Of a stretch of 35,163 bases of DNA, positions 1 through 8,412 are shown in pieces. The position numbers and the translations under genes were made by a program. The stretch covers positions 14,805 to 49,967 of the forward strand of contig MGJZ01000025.1 in assembly GCA_001794525.1 (NCBI GenBank), given 5' to 3'. Position 1 is the first letter of the stretch, and each line of letters opens with the position of its first letter. This DNA is from Candidatus Yanofskybacteria bacterium RIFCSPHIGHO2_02_FULL_50_12. GTDB lineage: Bacteria; Patescibacteriota; Minisyncoccia; 2-02-FULL-40-12; GWA2-44-9. The notes below the pieces were generated by a model that was given only the letters and a program-made list of their open reading frames with translations, did not search any database and was not told the origin of the DNA.

Positions 1-32
1 TCTTTGCATTTTCTGCGGGTCGAACAAGAATT

Positions 33-431
33 TTGATTTCACTTCTGGCAATTTATGTCGCATTCTCTCTACAGACGGTCTTTCCGTATTTTTCCAAACT
101 GCAGCAGCTGGCAACCTTCACAAAAGATTTGCCTACACTTCGGGTGATCGTTTTCTTGATCCTTTATGCGTTGGCGTTTGTATTACTAAATGGTTCGATT
201 TTACGCGGCCGATTCAGTCTCGGAGAAACTTCATTCCTACCGGTTATCCTGATGGGCGTAGTCCAATTGGGGTTCATTCTCTCAATAGTATTCAATCTTG
301 CACCGACGTTTTTCAGTATCAATGAGCGCCTGCCGAAAGATATAATTCCTTATCTGGCCACCCGCCAGGCGTTGTTCTATTGGTCCCTCGCACCAATCGT
401 TCTTCTCCTATTCTCCCGTAATAAGTCTTGA
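33..431 (+). CDS. hypothetical polytopic membrane protein (frame stays open back to nt 3, so the true 5' end may lie outside the window)
   Basis: 132-aa ORF starting at TTG 33 with about four hydrophobic helices. No family motif recognised. Confidence 0.45.
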   Translation: MISLLAIYVAFSLQTVFPYFSKLQQLATFTKDLPTLRVIVFLILYALAFVLLNGSILRGRFSLGETSFLPVILMGVVQLGFILSIVFNLAPTFFSINERLPKDIIPYLATRQALFYWSLAPIVLLLFSRNKS

Positions 432-481
432 ACTTGCATGGTGGTTAGGAATTTAAAAACAGTAGGCGCCTAATTTTAGAG

Positions 482-510
482 TTGATTGAAAGATAGAATC
501 ATGGTATTAT
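482..510 (+). promoter_or_regulatory. sigma70-type promoter TTGATT-17 nt-TATTAT upstream of the methyltransferase gene
   Basis: TTGATT at 482-487, a 17-nt spacer and TATTAT at 505-510. An AAGGAG Shine-Dalgarno lies 8 nt before ATG 540. Confidence 0.5.
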
Positions 511-539
511 CACTGCGTCTTTGACAAGGAGTTATTGGC

Positions 540-1259
540 ATGAGCAAGCGCACCGAAGCATGGCAGAAGCACTGGGGCACTTCGTATGACTCGGAATTCA
601 AGATCGCTACTATCATGGAAGTTTTACGCCGGATGTCCGAGAACGGAAAGCTTGGCAGAAACATCATTGACATCGGAACAGGCCGTATTCCGGTTACGAT
701 CTTGACTGATCGACGCAAACACAAAATCGTGGATGTCGATCTGTGCGTCGAGTTGATGCCTCATCCGTTTTGCCATAATCGGCTGCCAGTCAAGGCCGAT
801 ATCGAGGAGCTCGTGGAGCCGTCGTTCTCGACCCGTCGAATAATGGCAAGAATCGCGAAGTTCCTCGACGTGCCTTTCCGCGGTCCTTCGCAAATCTTTG
901 ACTGCGCGATTCTCTCGGAGATTTTGAACTACATCGACGGTCCTCGTGTGCTGAAAGCGCTGCATCCGTTCATCAAGCCTGGCGGACTGGTCGTCATCTT
1001 GAACGGCCGCCGCGGCGATCGGGAGTTGTTTGTTCCAAATCCACCGAAGGACGAATCTGATATCATCTGGGCACTGTTGGATGGAGGATATCAGCCTATG
1101 TACGTCCAACCTTTCGATGAAAGGCTGATTCCGGACAAAAAAGCAGCCGAGATTCGAATGACGCTCATCACTGCCCGTCGAGCCGAAGGACCGATCAATA
1201 AACTCGCATGGGCTAACGAGGTGATCGCTTCAAGCTCCACCATCCCCACTACTGCGTAG
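540..1259 (+). CDS. class I SAM-dependent methyltransferase (substrate unknown)
   Basis: Motif I-like IIDIGTGRI, an acidic residue after beta2 (KIVDVDL), FDCAILSEILNYI and LKPGGLVVIL in the order typical of a Rossmann-fold methyltransferase. Preceded by a good SD. Confidence 0.6.
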   Translation: MSKRTEAWQKHWGTSYDSEFKIATIMEVLRRMSENGKLGRNIIDIGTGRIPVTILTDRRKHKIVDVDLCVELMPHPFCHNRLPVKADIEELVEPSFSTRRIMARIAKFLDVPFRGPSQIFDCAILSEILNYIDGPRVLKALHPFIKPGGLVVILNGRRGDRELFVPNPPKDESDIIWALLDGGYQPMYVQPFDERLIPDKKAAEIRMTLITARRAEGPINKLAWANEVIASSSTIPTTA

Positions 1260-1331
1260 TGGGGATCTTTCTTCATAAAAAGCGACTTGCTTAACTTTTC
1301 ATCTAAAATCCTGTACAGTGCGCTCTAAGGA

Positions 1332-1688
1332 GTGGGTATGAGCCGATTTTGCCGGCACTGCGGCGGTACAGAGAGCCTTCGGAAACTCGCGGACAATTCG
1401 AATCTTTGTGAAAAAGAGTTTCAACGTCTCTACGCACACCTAAAAATCTCCTACCTTCGTACGACCGGCTTCATGACTTCAAAGGAAGAATGGCCGGATT
1501 TTGAAAACATGGCAGAACGATACCGAATCGAATCTGTCGATTCGATTGCAACAGGTCTCGAGGTGACCCCACGTAGAGTAAGAGATGTATTTCGACGATG
1601 TTTCCGTAAGCTCGTCGTTCCTTATCAAGCTCCCAAGTCGGCCTTAGTGTGTTCAACTCCAGAACATCCCACACGCCCGACCCCTTAG
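1332..1688 (+). CDS. small hypothetical protein with an N-terminal CxxC Zn-ribbon-like motif and a C-terminal sigma-70 region-4 / HTH-like segment
   Basis: CRHCGG...LCEKE at the N-terminus and IATGLEVTPRRVRDVFRRCFRKL at the C-terminus. The likely start is ATG 1338, which lies 6 nt after AAGGAG. A terminator follows the gene. Confidence 0.5.
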   Translation: MGMSRFCRHCGGTESLRKLADNSNLCEKEFQRLYAHLKISYLRTTGFMTSKEEWPDFENMAERYRIESVDSIATGLEVTPRRVRDVFRRCFRKLVVPYQAPKSALVCSTPEHPTRPTP

Positions 1689-1701
1689 GGTCGGGCTTTT
1701 T
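1675..1701 (+). terminator. rho-independent terminator
   Basis: GCCCGACCC / GGGTCGGGC 9-bp stem with a CTTA loop, followed by TTTTT. The stop codon of the upstream gene lies in the hairpin. The efp stop abuts the T-tract on the other strand. Confidence 0.7.
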
Positions 1702-2272
1702 ATCCCTTGTTGGCTCGCTCTACGTATTCGCCGGTTTGAGTGTTGATGATGATGACGTCGTCTTGATTGATGAAGAGGGGGACGTTGACCGAGGCGCCGG
1801 TTTCGAGGACTACTTGTTTAGCGCCGCCTTGGGCGGTATCGCCGCGGATCGCCGGCGGCGCTTCAACGACTTTGAATTCCATTTTGACCGGCAATTCAAC
1901 GCTGATGACCTTGTCTTCAAATGCAATCGCATCAAGGACAGTGTTAGGTTTTAAAAACTTGGTTGCATCGCCGAGAATATCAGCGAGTAGCTCGAATCGT
2001 TTAGAAGGGTCATTTTCAAGCGAGAACCAGTATTGATCGCGATGGGCGTAAAGATACTTTACTTTGCGCCGCTCGACGTCGGCTTCCTCAAAGACATCTG
2101 ACTGGGCGAAATTCCGCTCTAGGACTTTGCCATTCATAAGATTGCGCATGCGGACTTGAACTGTGGGCCGGCGCTGCTGCATTTTCAAATGATGAGTTTC
2201 TAAGACCACATAGGGCGATCCCTCGTAGATAAAATAGGTTTTAGGTTTGAGTTCGTTTACGCCTAAAGACAT
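1700..2272 (-). CDS. efp: translation elongation factor P
   Basis: 190 aa. N-terminus NELKPKTYFIYEGSPYVVLETHHLKMQQRRPTVQVRMRNLMNGK and the overall length are typical of EF-P. Confidence 0.93.
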   Translation of the reverse strand: MSLGVNELKPKTYFIYEGSPYVVLETHHLKMQQRRPTVQVRMRNLMNGKVLERNFAQSDVFEEADVERRKVKYLYAHRDQYWFSLENDPSKRFELLADILGDATKFLKPNTVLDAIAFEDKVISVELPVKMEFKVVEAPPAIRGDTAQGGAKQVVLETGASVNVPLFINQDDVIIINTQTGEYVERANKG

Positions 2273-2313
2273 AATGCCGAAATATCATAGCAAAATAGGG
2301 CACGTTTTCAATA

Positions 2314-2342
2314 TTGACTTTTTGTATAGAAAGGAGTATAAT
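2314..2342 (+). promoter_or_regulatory. near-consensus promoter TTGACT-17 nt-TATAAT; the -10 element ends 8 nt before ATG 2351 (leaderless-type layout)
   Basis: TTGACT at 2314-2319 and TATAAT at 2337-2342. No SD at functional spacing. Confidence 0.6.
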
Positions 2343-2350
2343 ATATAGAT

Positions 2351-3190
2351 ATGAAAGCTACCGCTATTTCTAAGCTTGTTTACTCGTTTGTGGCTGTTGC
2401 CATGATCCTCCTGCCGACTAAGCAGGTCTTTGCGTATTGGCAGCCGTACATGAAACCGATTAATAGTTCACTTGCTCAGCCTACGGAGCTCACCTGTAGT
2501 ACGCTCGTCTCATTGGGCCTGGCTTGCACTAGTGGTCCGGCTGCACCGGCGTATCAGCCTCAATCCCGTGCATCAAACTCAGGTTTTGGTTTCAATATTT
2601 TTAGCAGCAAGGCTAAAGCTACGGATTCAAGCGACCCAGTGCTTACTGCCGCGATTGCTTCAGCTGGTGTAAAGAATATTGCCGGTCGTCAGATCACGCT
2701 CGTAAAAGCACCAGGTACTTCTGGAATTTACCAGCTGCTCAATGGTCGAAAACATGCGTTTCCAACGCTTGGTATTTTCTATGACTATGGCTACAAACTC
2801 GACATGGTTGAAACGATTAGTCAGCAACAGATCGACAAATATCCTCGAGCGTATTTGCTCCGCGTAAATAAAAAGAAAACCATCTACTATCTCACGGAGA
2901 CGGGCATGGTGCGGCCGATGCCTGATGAAAAGAAAGTCTTCAACTCTTATGGCGACCGAAAGGAAGATGTCGTGGATATCAGCGAGAAAGAGTTTAATTT
3001 CTACCCTGTGAACCAATTCGTGTATCTCGAACATCCGCTCAATCGCGACGTGTTCCAAGTGACGAGCGAAGGAAAACGGTACCTCACCCCGATGGCTATC
3101 GCACGCATGAGGATTACTGAAGACCAAGTCGCGCCGATCAACCAGATCGAATTCGACTGGTACATGACCCTCGCACCGGTCATCTACTAA
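2351..3190 (+). CDS. secreted hypothetical protein with three ~50-aa internal repeats
   Basis: Signal-peptide-like N-terminus (KLVYSFVAVAMILLPTKQVFA) and a low-complexity linker. The C-terminal half holds three similar modules, each ending in ..YP or ..WY. Confidence 0.65.
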   Translation: MKATAISKLVYSFVAVAMILLPTKQVFAYWQPYMKPINSSLAQPTELTCSTLVSLGLACTSGPAAPAYQPQSRASNSGFGFNIFSSKAKATDSSDPVLTAAIASAGVKNIAGRQITLVKAPGTSGIYQLLNGRKHAFPTLGIFYDYGYKLDMVETISQQQIDKYPRAYLLRVNKKKTIYYLTETGMVRPMPDEKKVFNSYGDRKEDVVDISEKEFNFYPVNQFVYLEHPLNRDVFQVTSEGKRYLTPMAIARMRITEDQVAPINQIEFDWYMTLAPVIY

Positions 3191-3200
3191 CAGAACTCTC

Positions 3201-3227
3201 AAAAGCCGCCTCCGGGCGGCTTTTGAC
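3201..3227 (+). terminator. rho-independent terminator
   Basis: AAAAGCCGCC-TCCG-GGCGGCTTTT hairpin with a 3' T-run. Confidence 0.75.
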
Positions 3228-3262
3228 TTAAAGTAAAAAACTATGTACTATCACTGCCGGAG

Positions 3263-4063
3263 GTGAATATGCCGGCACGAGTAGTGCAATACATCGGCAT
3301 CACGGGATTTACATCCCGAATGGCCGTTGAGTTCGCTCTTTCTCAATTTTCGCATACTGTTCCGCAGAAGCTAATGGTTGGCGTGCTCGCAAGCTGGAAG
3401 TCGCTTCGGGGCTTGCCAATGAGGGAATATTGGCAACAGCAAACGCCGCGAGCGAAAGATGTTCCGGAGTTATTCCTTAATGACCCTCGGGTGCTCAATC
3501 TCGTTCATTACAGTGCTGATAACAGTGCACATGAACGGAGTGTGCTCTGGAAGGATCTCGCGAAGATTCAAGAAACTGCTGGTCTGAATTTCCACGGATT
3601 CCAGTTGAACCTGGCGTGGCCGCCGGTCTATGTGCTGGATGAGTGGCGAGCCGTGTTCGGATATAAGCACACGATCGTCTTGCAAGTTGGTCGGGACGCG
3701 ATCCTTGCCGTCGATGGACATCCGCGAAAGCTTGCGGAGATGTTGAAGCACTATGGCGGTGTCGTGGATTACATGCTGTTCGATATGAGCGGTGGAGAAG
3801 GTCGGACATTGGATGTTTCGAAAGCCCTTCCGATTCTCGACGTGATTCACGAAGTAGCGGCCGCTTCGGCTACTAAGGTTTCAGTGGCCGGTGGTTTGGA
3901 ACCGGACACACTCCACTTGCTCGAGCCGATCCTGAAGCGATACCCGGACATTTCGTGGGATGCACAAAAAGGCGTCCGTGACGCTGACAACAATCTCGAT
4001 TCCTCGAGAGTCAAGAAGTATCTCGAACGGTCGCTTGCTATGACCTCGATCGGTCGCGCCTAA
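3263..4063 (+). CDS. TIM-barrel protein resembling phosphoribosylanthranilate isomerase (TrpF-like)
   Basis: IGITGFT near the N-terminus, FHGFQLN, YMLFDMSGGEGRTLD and VSVAGGLEPDTL...DISWDAQKGVRD occur in the same order as the TrpF signature blocks (recalled from memory). The likely start is ATG 3269, after GGAGG. Confidence 0.45.
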   Translation: MNMPARVVQYIGITGFTSRMAVEFALSQFSHTVPQKLMVGVLASWKSLRGLPMREYWQQQTPRAKDVPELFLNDPRVLNLVHYSADNSAHERSVLWKDLAKIQETAGLNFHGFQLNLAWPPVYVLDEWRAVFGYKHTIVLQVGRDAILAVDGHPRKLAEMLKHYGGVVDYMLFDMSGGEGRTLDVSKALPILDVIHEVAAASATKVSVAGGLEPDTLHLLEPILKRYPDISWDAQKGVRDADNNLDSSRVKKYLERSLAMTSIGRA

Positions 4064-4083
4064 GGCGCGACCGACTTTTTTTA
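4050..4083 (+). terminator. rho-independent terminator
   Basis: TCGGTCGCGCC-TAA-GGCGCGACCGA hairpin with the stop codon in the loop, followed by CTTTTTTTT. Confidence 0.7.
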
Positions 4084-4932
4084 TTTTAAATCAGATATCT
4101 TGAAATCCGGATAACCGGAAAGAAAGTCTTTAAAAGAGGCTTCGTTCTTCCCTTCGAGTTGAACAATAACAGGCTGAAGGATTCCGTTTTCGAGTTTTGC
4201 TTTTTTGATATTCAGGATTTTATCATTCCACATTGTCCAGGTTCCCGGTTCGGGATTCAAGGCGCGGATTTGATTGAAAATCTGCTGGGTCGGTTTTGAC
4301 CAATCGATGCGACCATCTTCGCGGGTAAATATCTTGGTAAATGTAGCATGATGATGCTCCTGTTCCTCCGACTCTAGCGTGTCGCGGTTTTCAATGGCGG
4401 TTAGCAGCATCTGGCCTCCTTCGTTTGCCAACCGGTCATGCAGTTCCGGGTAGGTTTCATCGGGATCGATGGACATAGCCAACTGCAGCAGAATCGGACC
4501 GTGATCTACTTCGGCATCAAGCTGCATGACGGTAATGCCGGTTTCGATATCCCCGTTAAAAATTGCTGTCTGAATGGGTGTAGGACCTCGATATTTAGGG
4601 AGTAGGGAAGGGTGGATATTAAGAAATCCCTTTTGAGGGATATCCAAATAACGCTTGGGAAGGATGTTCCCATAAGCAACAGCCACCCCAAAGATGGGGC
4701 TTAAAAACTTAAAAATTTCAAAGAATACATCGTCTTTAAGAGAGGGAGGTTGGTGGACAGGGAGATCAAGCTCAAGCGCCGCCAGTTTCACTGGCGGCGC
4801 GGTCATTACCTTTTTCCTTCCGACCGGCTGATCGGGTACCGTAATGACCGTGATTTGATGACCAGCACTATGTAGTGCCTTGAGTGCAGGTACTGCGAAC
4901 TCCGAAGTTCCAAAAAAAGCGATATTAGCCAT
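4081..4932 (-). CDS. fmt: methionyl-tRNA formyltransferase
   Basis: N-terminus IAFFGTSEFAVPALKAL, the HPSLLPKYRGPTPIQ motif, and an 8-nt overlap with upstream def (classic def-fmt pair). Confidence 0.9.
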   Translation of the reverse strand: MANIAFFGTSEFAVPALKALHSAGHQITVITVPDQPVGRKKVMTAPPVKLAALELDLPVHQPPSLKDDVFFEIFKFLSPIFGVAVAYGNILPKRYLDIPQKGFLNIHPSLLPKYRGPTPIQTAIFNGDIETGITVMQLDAEVDHGPILLQLAMSIDPDETYPELHDRLANEGGQMLLTAIENRDTLESEEQEHHHATFTKIFTREDGRIDWSKPTQQIFNQIRALNPEPGTWTMWNDKILNIKKAKLENGILQPVIVQLEGKNEASFKDFLSGYPDFKISDLK

Positions 4933-5413
4933 TGGCGCGATCTTTGATCGTCTTTCCGTTCAAATGGTCAGTCTCGTGCTGAAAAACGCGAGCCAGGAAT
5001 CCACGCGCTTTGATCTTTATCTTTTCACCATGCTCATTGACCGCCTTGAGCATGACCTTCTTCGACCGCTTAATTTCGAAATAATAGCCGGGGATTGAGA
5101 GACAGCCCTCTTCCATCAATTCGGTCTCTGGGGAGTATTCGGTAATCTCCGGGTTAAAATACGCTTCTGGCACTTTGTATGCATCAGCAGTCTTGATATC
5201 GATTACGAATACTGCCAAGTCTTTACCGATTTGATTCGCAGCCAAGCCCACGCCTTCGTGCTCAAACATTGCTTTCTTCATGTCCGAAATCAGCCGGGCA
5301 TGCTCGCCGGCTTTAATCTCCTCAATTGGAACTTCTAGCGCTTTTTTTGTCAGCACCTCGTGTGGCACCTTCGTGATTTCCATAATAAAGAATCTACTTG
5401 ATTTTAGGGTCAT
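4925..5413 (-). CDS. def: peptide deformylase
   Basis: GVGLAANQIG, EGCLSIPG and HETDHLNG motifs. The start is uncertain. ATG 5413 sits 8 nt after a TAAAAT -10 element. ATG 5383 is also possible. The ORF-track start at 5518 is rejected. Confidence 0.88.
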   Translation of the reverse strand: MTLKSSRFFIMEITKVPHEVLTKKALEVPIEEIKAGEHARLISDMKKAMFEHEGVGLAANQIGKDLAVFVIDIKTADAYKVPEAYFNPEITEYSPETELMEEGCLSIPGYYFEIKRSKKVMLKAVNEHGEKIKIKARGFLARVFQHETDHLNGKTIKDRANG

Positions 5414-5426
5414 TGTCGAGTATTTT
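5398..5426 (+). promoter_or_regulatory. promoter TTGATT-17 nt-TATTTT for the small membrane protein gene
   Basis: TTGATT at 5398-5403 and TATTTT at 5421-5426, then a GAGGAGG SD at 5432-5438 and ATG 5444. Confidence 0.5.
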
Positions 5427-5443
5427 ATAAAGAGGAGGCCGAC

Positions 5444-5752
5444 ATGTTTACTACTGTCATTGTGACGTTGATCCTGTTCGGCCTGATTAGAGTAGTTATC
5501 TTCGCGAACAGGGGGCATAGTGCTAATCGAGCCTGGGAAAAGGCAAAAGAAGAGCGAGATCTCATGTTCTTCAAGTATTGTGAGCTTCGAGACGATCCGA
5601 CCATGACCCGAACCAAGTGGCTCGCTTGGCTGCCAATTTTCGAGTTTGCTGATCGCGAATTCGAGGCAAACAACTGCTACAGTCTGAAACTCAAGCCTCT
5701 AGCAGAGCTCGTCAGACGGGAGCTTCAAGAAGGAGACTTGGCGGCACAATGA
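5444..5752 (+). CDS. small hypothetical membrane-anchored protein
   Basis: Strong SD (GAGGAGG), an N-terminal TM helix (FTTVIVTLILFGLIRVVIF) and a charged C-terminal region. Confidence 0.55.
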   Translation: MFTTVIVTLILFGLIRVVIFANRGHSANRAWEKAKEERDLMFFKYCELRDDPTMTRTKWLAWLPIFEFADREFEANNCYSLKLKPLAELVRRELQEGDLAAQ

Positions 5753-5807
5753 TCTCGTGCCGCTTTTCTTTTTCCATCTAGTAATTCATGATAGGGTAAT
5801 CTGAAGC

Positions 5808-6410
5808 ATGAAAAATGAGGTCATCAAACTATTGCGGGATATCGGAGCTTTGGTGGAGAACGGGCATTTTGTCGGCACCTCCGGGCGACATATGGTTTCG
5901 TACATCAACAAGAATCAACTTACCGCTCATCCACGGCATGTTTCAAAAGTCGGAAAGTTATTTGCTGAAAAGTTTAGACACAAGAATATTGAAATAGTGG
6001 TGGCACCGGCAGTTGGCGGCATCCCGTTTTCGCAATGGACGGCGTCTCACCTATATAAAATGACCAAGAAGGAAGTATTCAGTGCATATACTGAAAAAAC
6101 AAACAGCGGCAAGCAGACATTAAAACGAGGCTATGACCAATTAGTCTGCGGTAAGCGGGTGCTAGTAATCGAAGATACGACTACGACCGGCGGTTCAGTC
6201 AAAGAAGTAATTGCAAGCGTGAAAAAAGCTGGCGGCAAGGTGGTGGCGGCAGTGGTAATGCTCAATCGCGATCCAAAGCTGGTAAATAGTAAATCGATGG
6301 GGGTTCCATTTTCAGCGCTTGCCACACTTGCTATTCCATCCTGGCCTGCCCGTCAGTGCCAGCTCTGCAAGAATAAAATTCCGATTAGCACCGAATTAGG
6401 CCACGGCTGA
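5808..6410 (+). CDS. type I phosphoribosyltransferase, orotate phosphoribosyltransferase-like
   Basis: PRPP-binding loop VLVIEDTTTTGGS and a PyrE-like N-terminus (GALVENGHFVGTSGRH). Confidence 0.7.
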   Translation: MKNEVIKLLRDIGALVENGHFVGTSGRHMVSYINKNQLTAHPRHVSKVGKLFAEKFRHKNIEIVVAPAVGGIPFSQWTASHLYKMTKKEVFSAYTEKTNSGKQTLKRGYDQLVCGKRVLVIEDTTTTGGSVKEVIASVKKAGGKVVAAVVMLNRDPKLVNSKSMGVPFSALATLAIPSWPARQCQLCKNKIPISTELGHG

Positions 6411-6412
6411 TG

Positions 6413-8377
6413 CTAGAGCGTAGTGCGGGGGTTGACGTCGATCATCCAGGAGGAGGGGACGAAACGGAGAATCGTCCGGAGAAAGTTGCCATCAAGCGAC
6501 GGCACCGGTTCGATACTTGGAATGATTTTCAAGACGATCGTGGCGACATAGAGGCCTTTTTCTTTTCTGATGAAAGCGGGCGAGCTTTCGCTGATATGAA
6601 TCCGGTCGCGCATCTGGAGATGGATCGCCGCCATTTTAAGCTTTTCGACCAGGCCGCGGCATTCCGCGACGGCCCGGCCTGACTGCGTGTGAGAAAACGA
6701 AAGCTTCACCAGGTGGGAATAGGGCGGATATTTAAATGCTTCGCGAAGCTGGAGTTCGTCGCCGTACAATTTGTCATAACGGTGCTCGGCTACGGTCGGA
6801 AGAATTTCTTTGTGATGGTAGGTTTGAGCGTCGATTAACTCCGGTTCGAAATCGGCCAGTTTCTCAAGCTGGTGCCATAGATGCTCCGAAGTCTGAAAGT
6901 CGGTACCGATGGTCAAAGCGTCGAATTGAGGGATGACGATGTAGTCGAATCTTTCCTCGAAGATGTAGCTGAATATCTTCTGAGTTGCGATGAGAATCAC
7001 CGCCGTGGGAATGGCACCGGGTTCAAGCGGCTTATTCAGTGCGTCAATCACTTCCTGCTCCTCGGTCTCGTTTTTCACGACATCACTGTCGAGGATCAGC
7101 ATTTTAGCGGTCGGCAATTCGCCGTACTCCATCATTTTACGCAGGACTTCATATATTTTTTGGCTTCCCGCCGGGCCAGTGGGTTTGATTTGAGAGCTAT
7201 GACAATTGGCGCAAAATTTCGGATAGGATCTGGAAATATCACAGCGATGGCAAAGGAGCACCAACTCGATCGCCTGATGGATGCGCATAGGCACATCGCA
7301 ATTCGGGCATTTAAACGAATGGCCGCACCGCTCACACAGAAGAATACCGGCGTAGCCGCGTCGCGCGGATACGACCAGGATCCGTTTCCGTTCATGCACA
7401 GCATGGTAGAGACGCTTCCGAACTTCGGCCGCGAAGAGATTTACGAAGTGCTGTTTGATTTCAGCAATCATGTCGACCACATTCACGGAGATGCGCCAAG
7501 GCTTTATGAGATCCCGATATTCGGCGAGCTGGCCAAGGTTACGCGCGTGATAAGCGGCAACGCCGAGCGTATTGGATACGAATAGCGGCTGGGCGCCATG
7601 CAGTCCCGCGATCATTTCCGCCAGTTCCGGCGCGCGATATTTCGGACTTAAATCTGATTTGTAGAATTCATGGAGCGGATCGATGACTACGAGCAGCTGC
7701 AGCTTTGAAAAAGGGAGGAATAAGGCTTGGCGCGTGCCGATGACAATCAGCGGCGCAGTCTCGGCCGCTTCCGTCCAGATGGCATGAGCGTCTTGATTTG
7801 AAATCTGAGAATGCAGGATGCGCGCCTGCGGAATTTTTTCGGCAAAATGGCGGATATATGCTACCTCGGGAACCATGATTAGCACTTGTCCTTTCACCTG
7901 CTCGATCCGCTTCAGGATGTGTTTGGCGGCCTCTTTGGCTCGACACACGAGCCACTCGGGCTTTTTGTGGCGTTCGTCGGAGACTGCATTAAGCCGGATC
8001 GATACAGGATATTTTTTCTTCAAAAAAAACGGCGGCAGAACGGTCTTGAGCGCTAGTCCCAGCGGCGAAGCGTACGTGTTTGCCAGCCACAAGGCTGTTT
8101 TAAACTGTGCTTCACTTACGAGCGGCACCTCCGAAATAACCGCCCCGATTTTTTTGAGCTGAAAACTGGACTTTTTGAGGTTTATCTTCTGATATTCGAC
8201 CGGATGAGATCCTATGACCACTGCTTCGGCCTTGCGATTTTGTATTGAAATCTCAACAACCGCTCCTTTTACCAAGCGCCGATTATGGTAATAGCTTAGG
8301 ATTTGCGGCACATTAGGCGGCAAAACGACTAGTGGGATAACTTCAACAACGAATAGGTTTTTGTCGCTCACAGGCAT
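6413..8377 (-). CDS. priA: primosomal protein N' (PriA) homolog with degenerate helicase/ATPase motifs
   Basis: Overall collinearity with PriA (LIMVPEVAYI, IVIGTRQALFLPF) and the Cys-rich Zn module CERCG..CPNC..CHRC..CANC. Walker A, DExH and motif VI positions are all substituted (see findings). Confidence 0.8.
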   Translation of the reverse strand: MPVSDKNLFVVEVIPLVVLPPNVPQILSYYHNRRLVKGAVVEISIQNRKAEAVVIGSHPVEYQKINLKKSSFQLKKIGAVISEVPLVSEAQFKTALWLANTYASPLGLALKTVLPPFFLKKKYPVSIRLNAVSDERHKKPEWLVCRAKEAAKHILKRIEQVKGQVLIMVPEVAYIRHFAEKIPQARILHSQISNQDAHAIWTEAAETAPLIVIGTRQALFLPFSKLQLLVVIDPLHEFYKSDLSPKYRAPELAEMIAGLHGAQPLFVSNTLGVAAYHARNLGQLAEYRDLIKPWRISVNVVDMIAEIKQHFVNLFAAEVRKRLYHAVHERKRILVVSARRGYAGILLCERCGHSFKCPNCDVPMRIHQAIELVLLCHRCDISRSYPKFCANCHSSQIKPTGPAGSQKIYEVLRKMMEYGELPTAKMLILDSDVVKNETEEQEVIDALNKPLEPGAIPTAVILIATQKIFSYIFEERFDYIVIPQFDALTIGTDFQTSEHLWHQLEKLADFEPELIDAQTYHHKEILPTVAEHRYDKLYGDELQLREAFKYPPYSHLVKLSFSHTQSGRAVAECRGLVEKLKMAAIHLQMRDRIHISESSPAFIRKEKGLYVATIVLKIIPSIEPVPSLDGNFLRTILRFVPSSWMIDVNPRTTL

Positions 8378-8412
8378 ATGGCTAGAATATAGAATTTTGC
8401 TATACTTTCAAT

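Noticed and set aside
2660-3202. 180-aa ORF on the - strand (and, similarly, 9162-9719 on the - strand)
   Set aside because: Antisense to the secreted repeat protein and to gltX respectively. No supporting signals.
5414-5518. N-terminal extension of the deformylase ORF back to ATG 5518
   Set aside because: The extra residues have no counterpart in PDF. They would also overlap the promoter, SD and start of the divergent gene at 5444. Internal ATGs at 5413 and 5383 fit the family N-terminus.
6881-7585. 234-aa ORF on the + strand (and other + strand ORFs between 6410 and 8162)
   Set aside because: Antisense to priA. Low-complexity, Arg-rich translation with no start-site signals.
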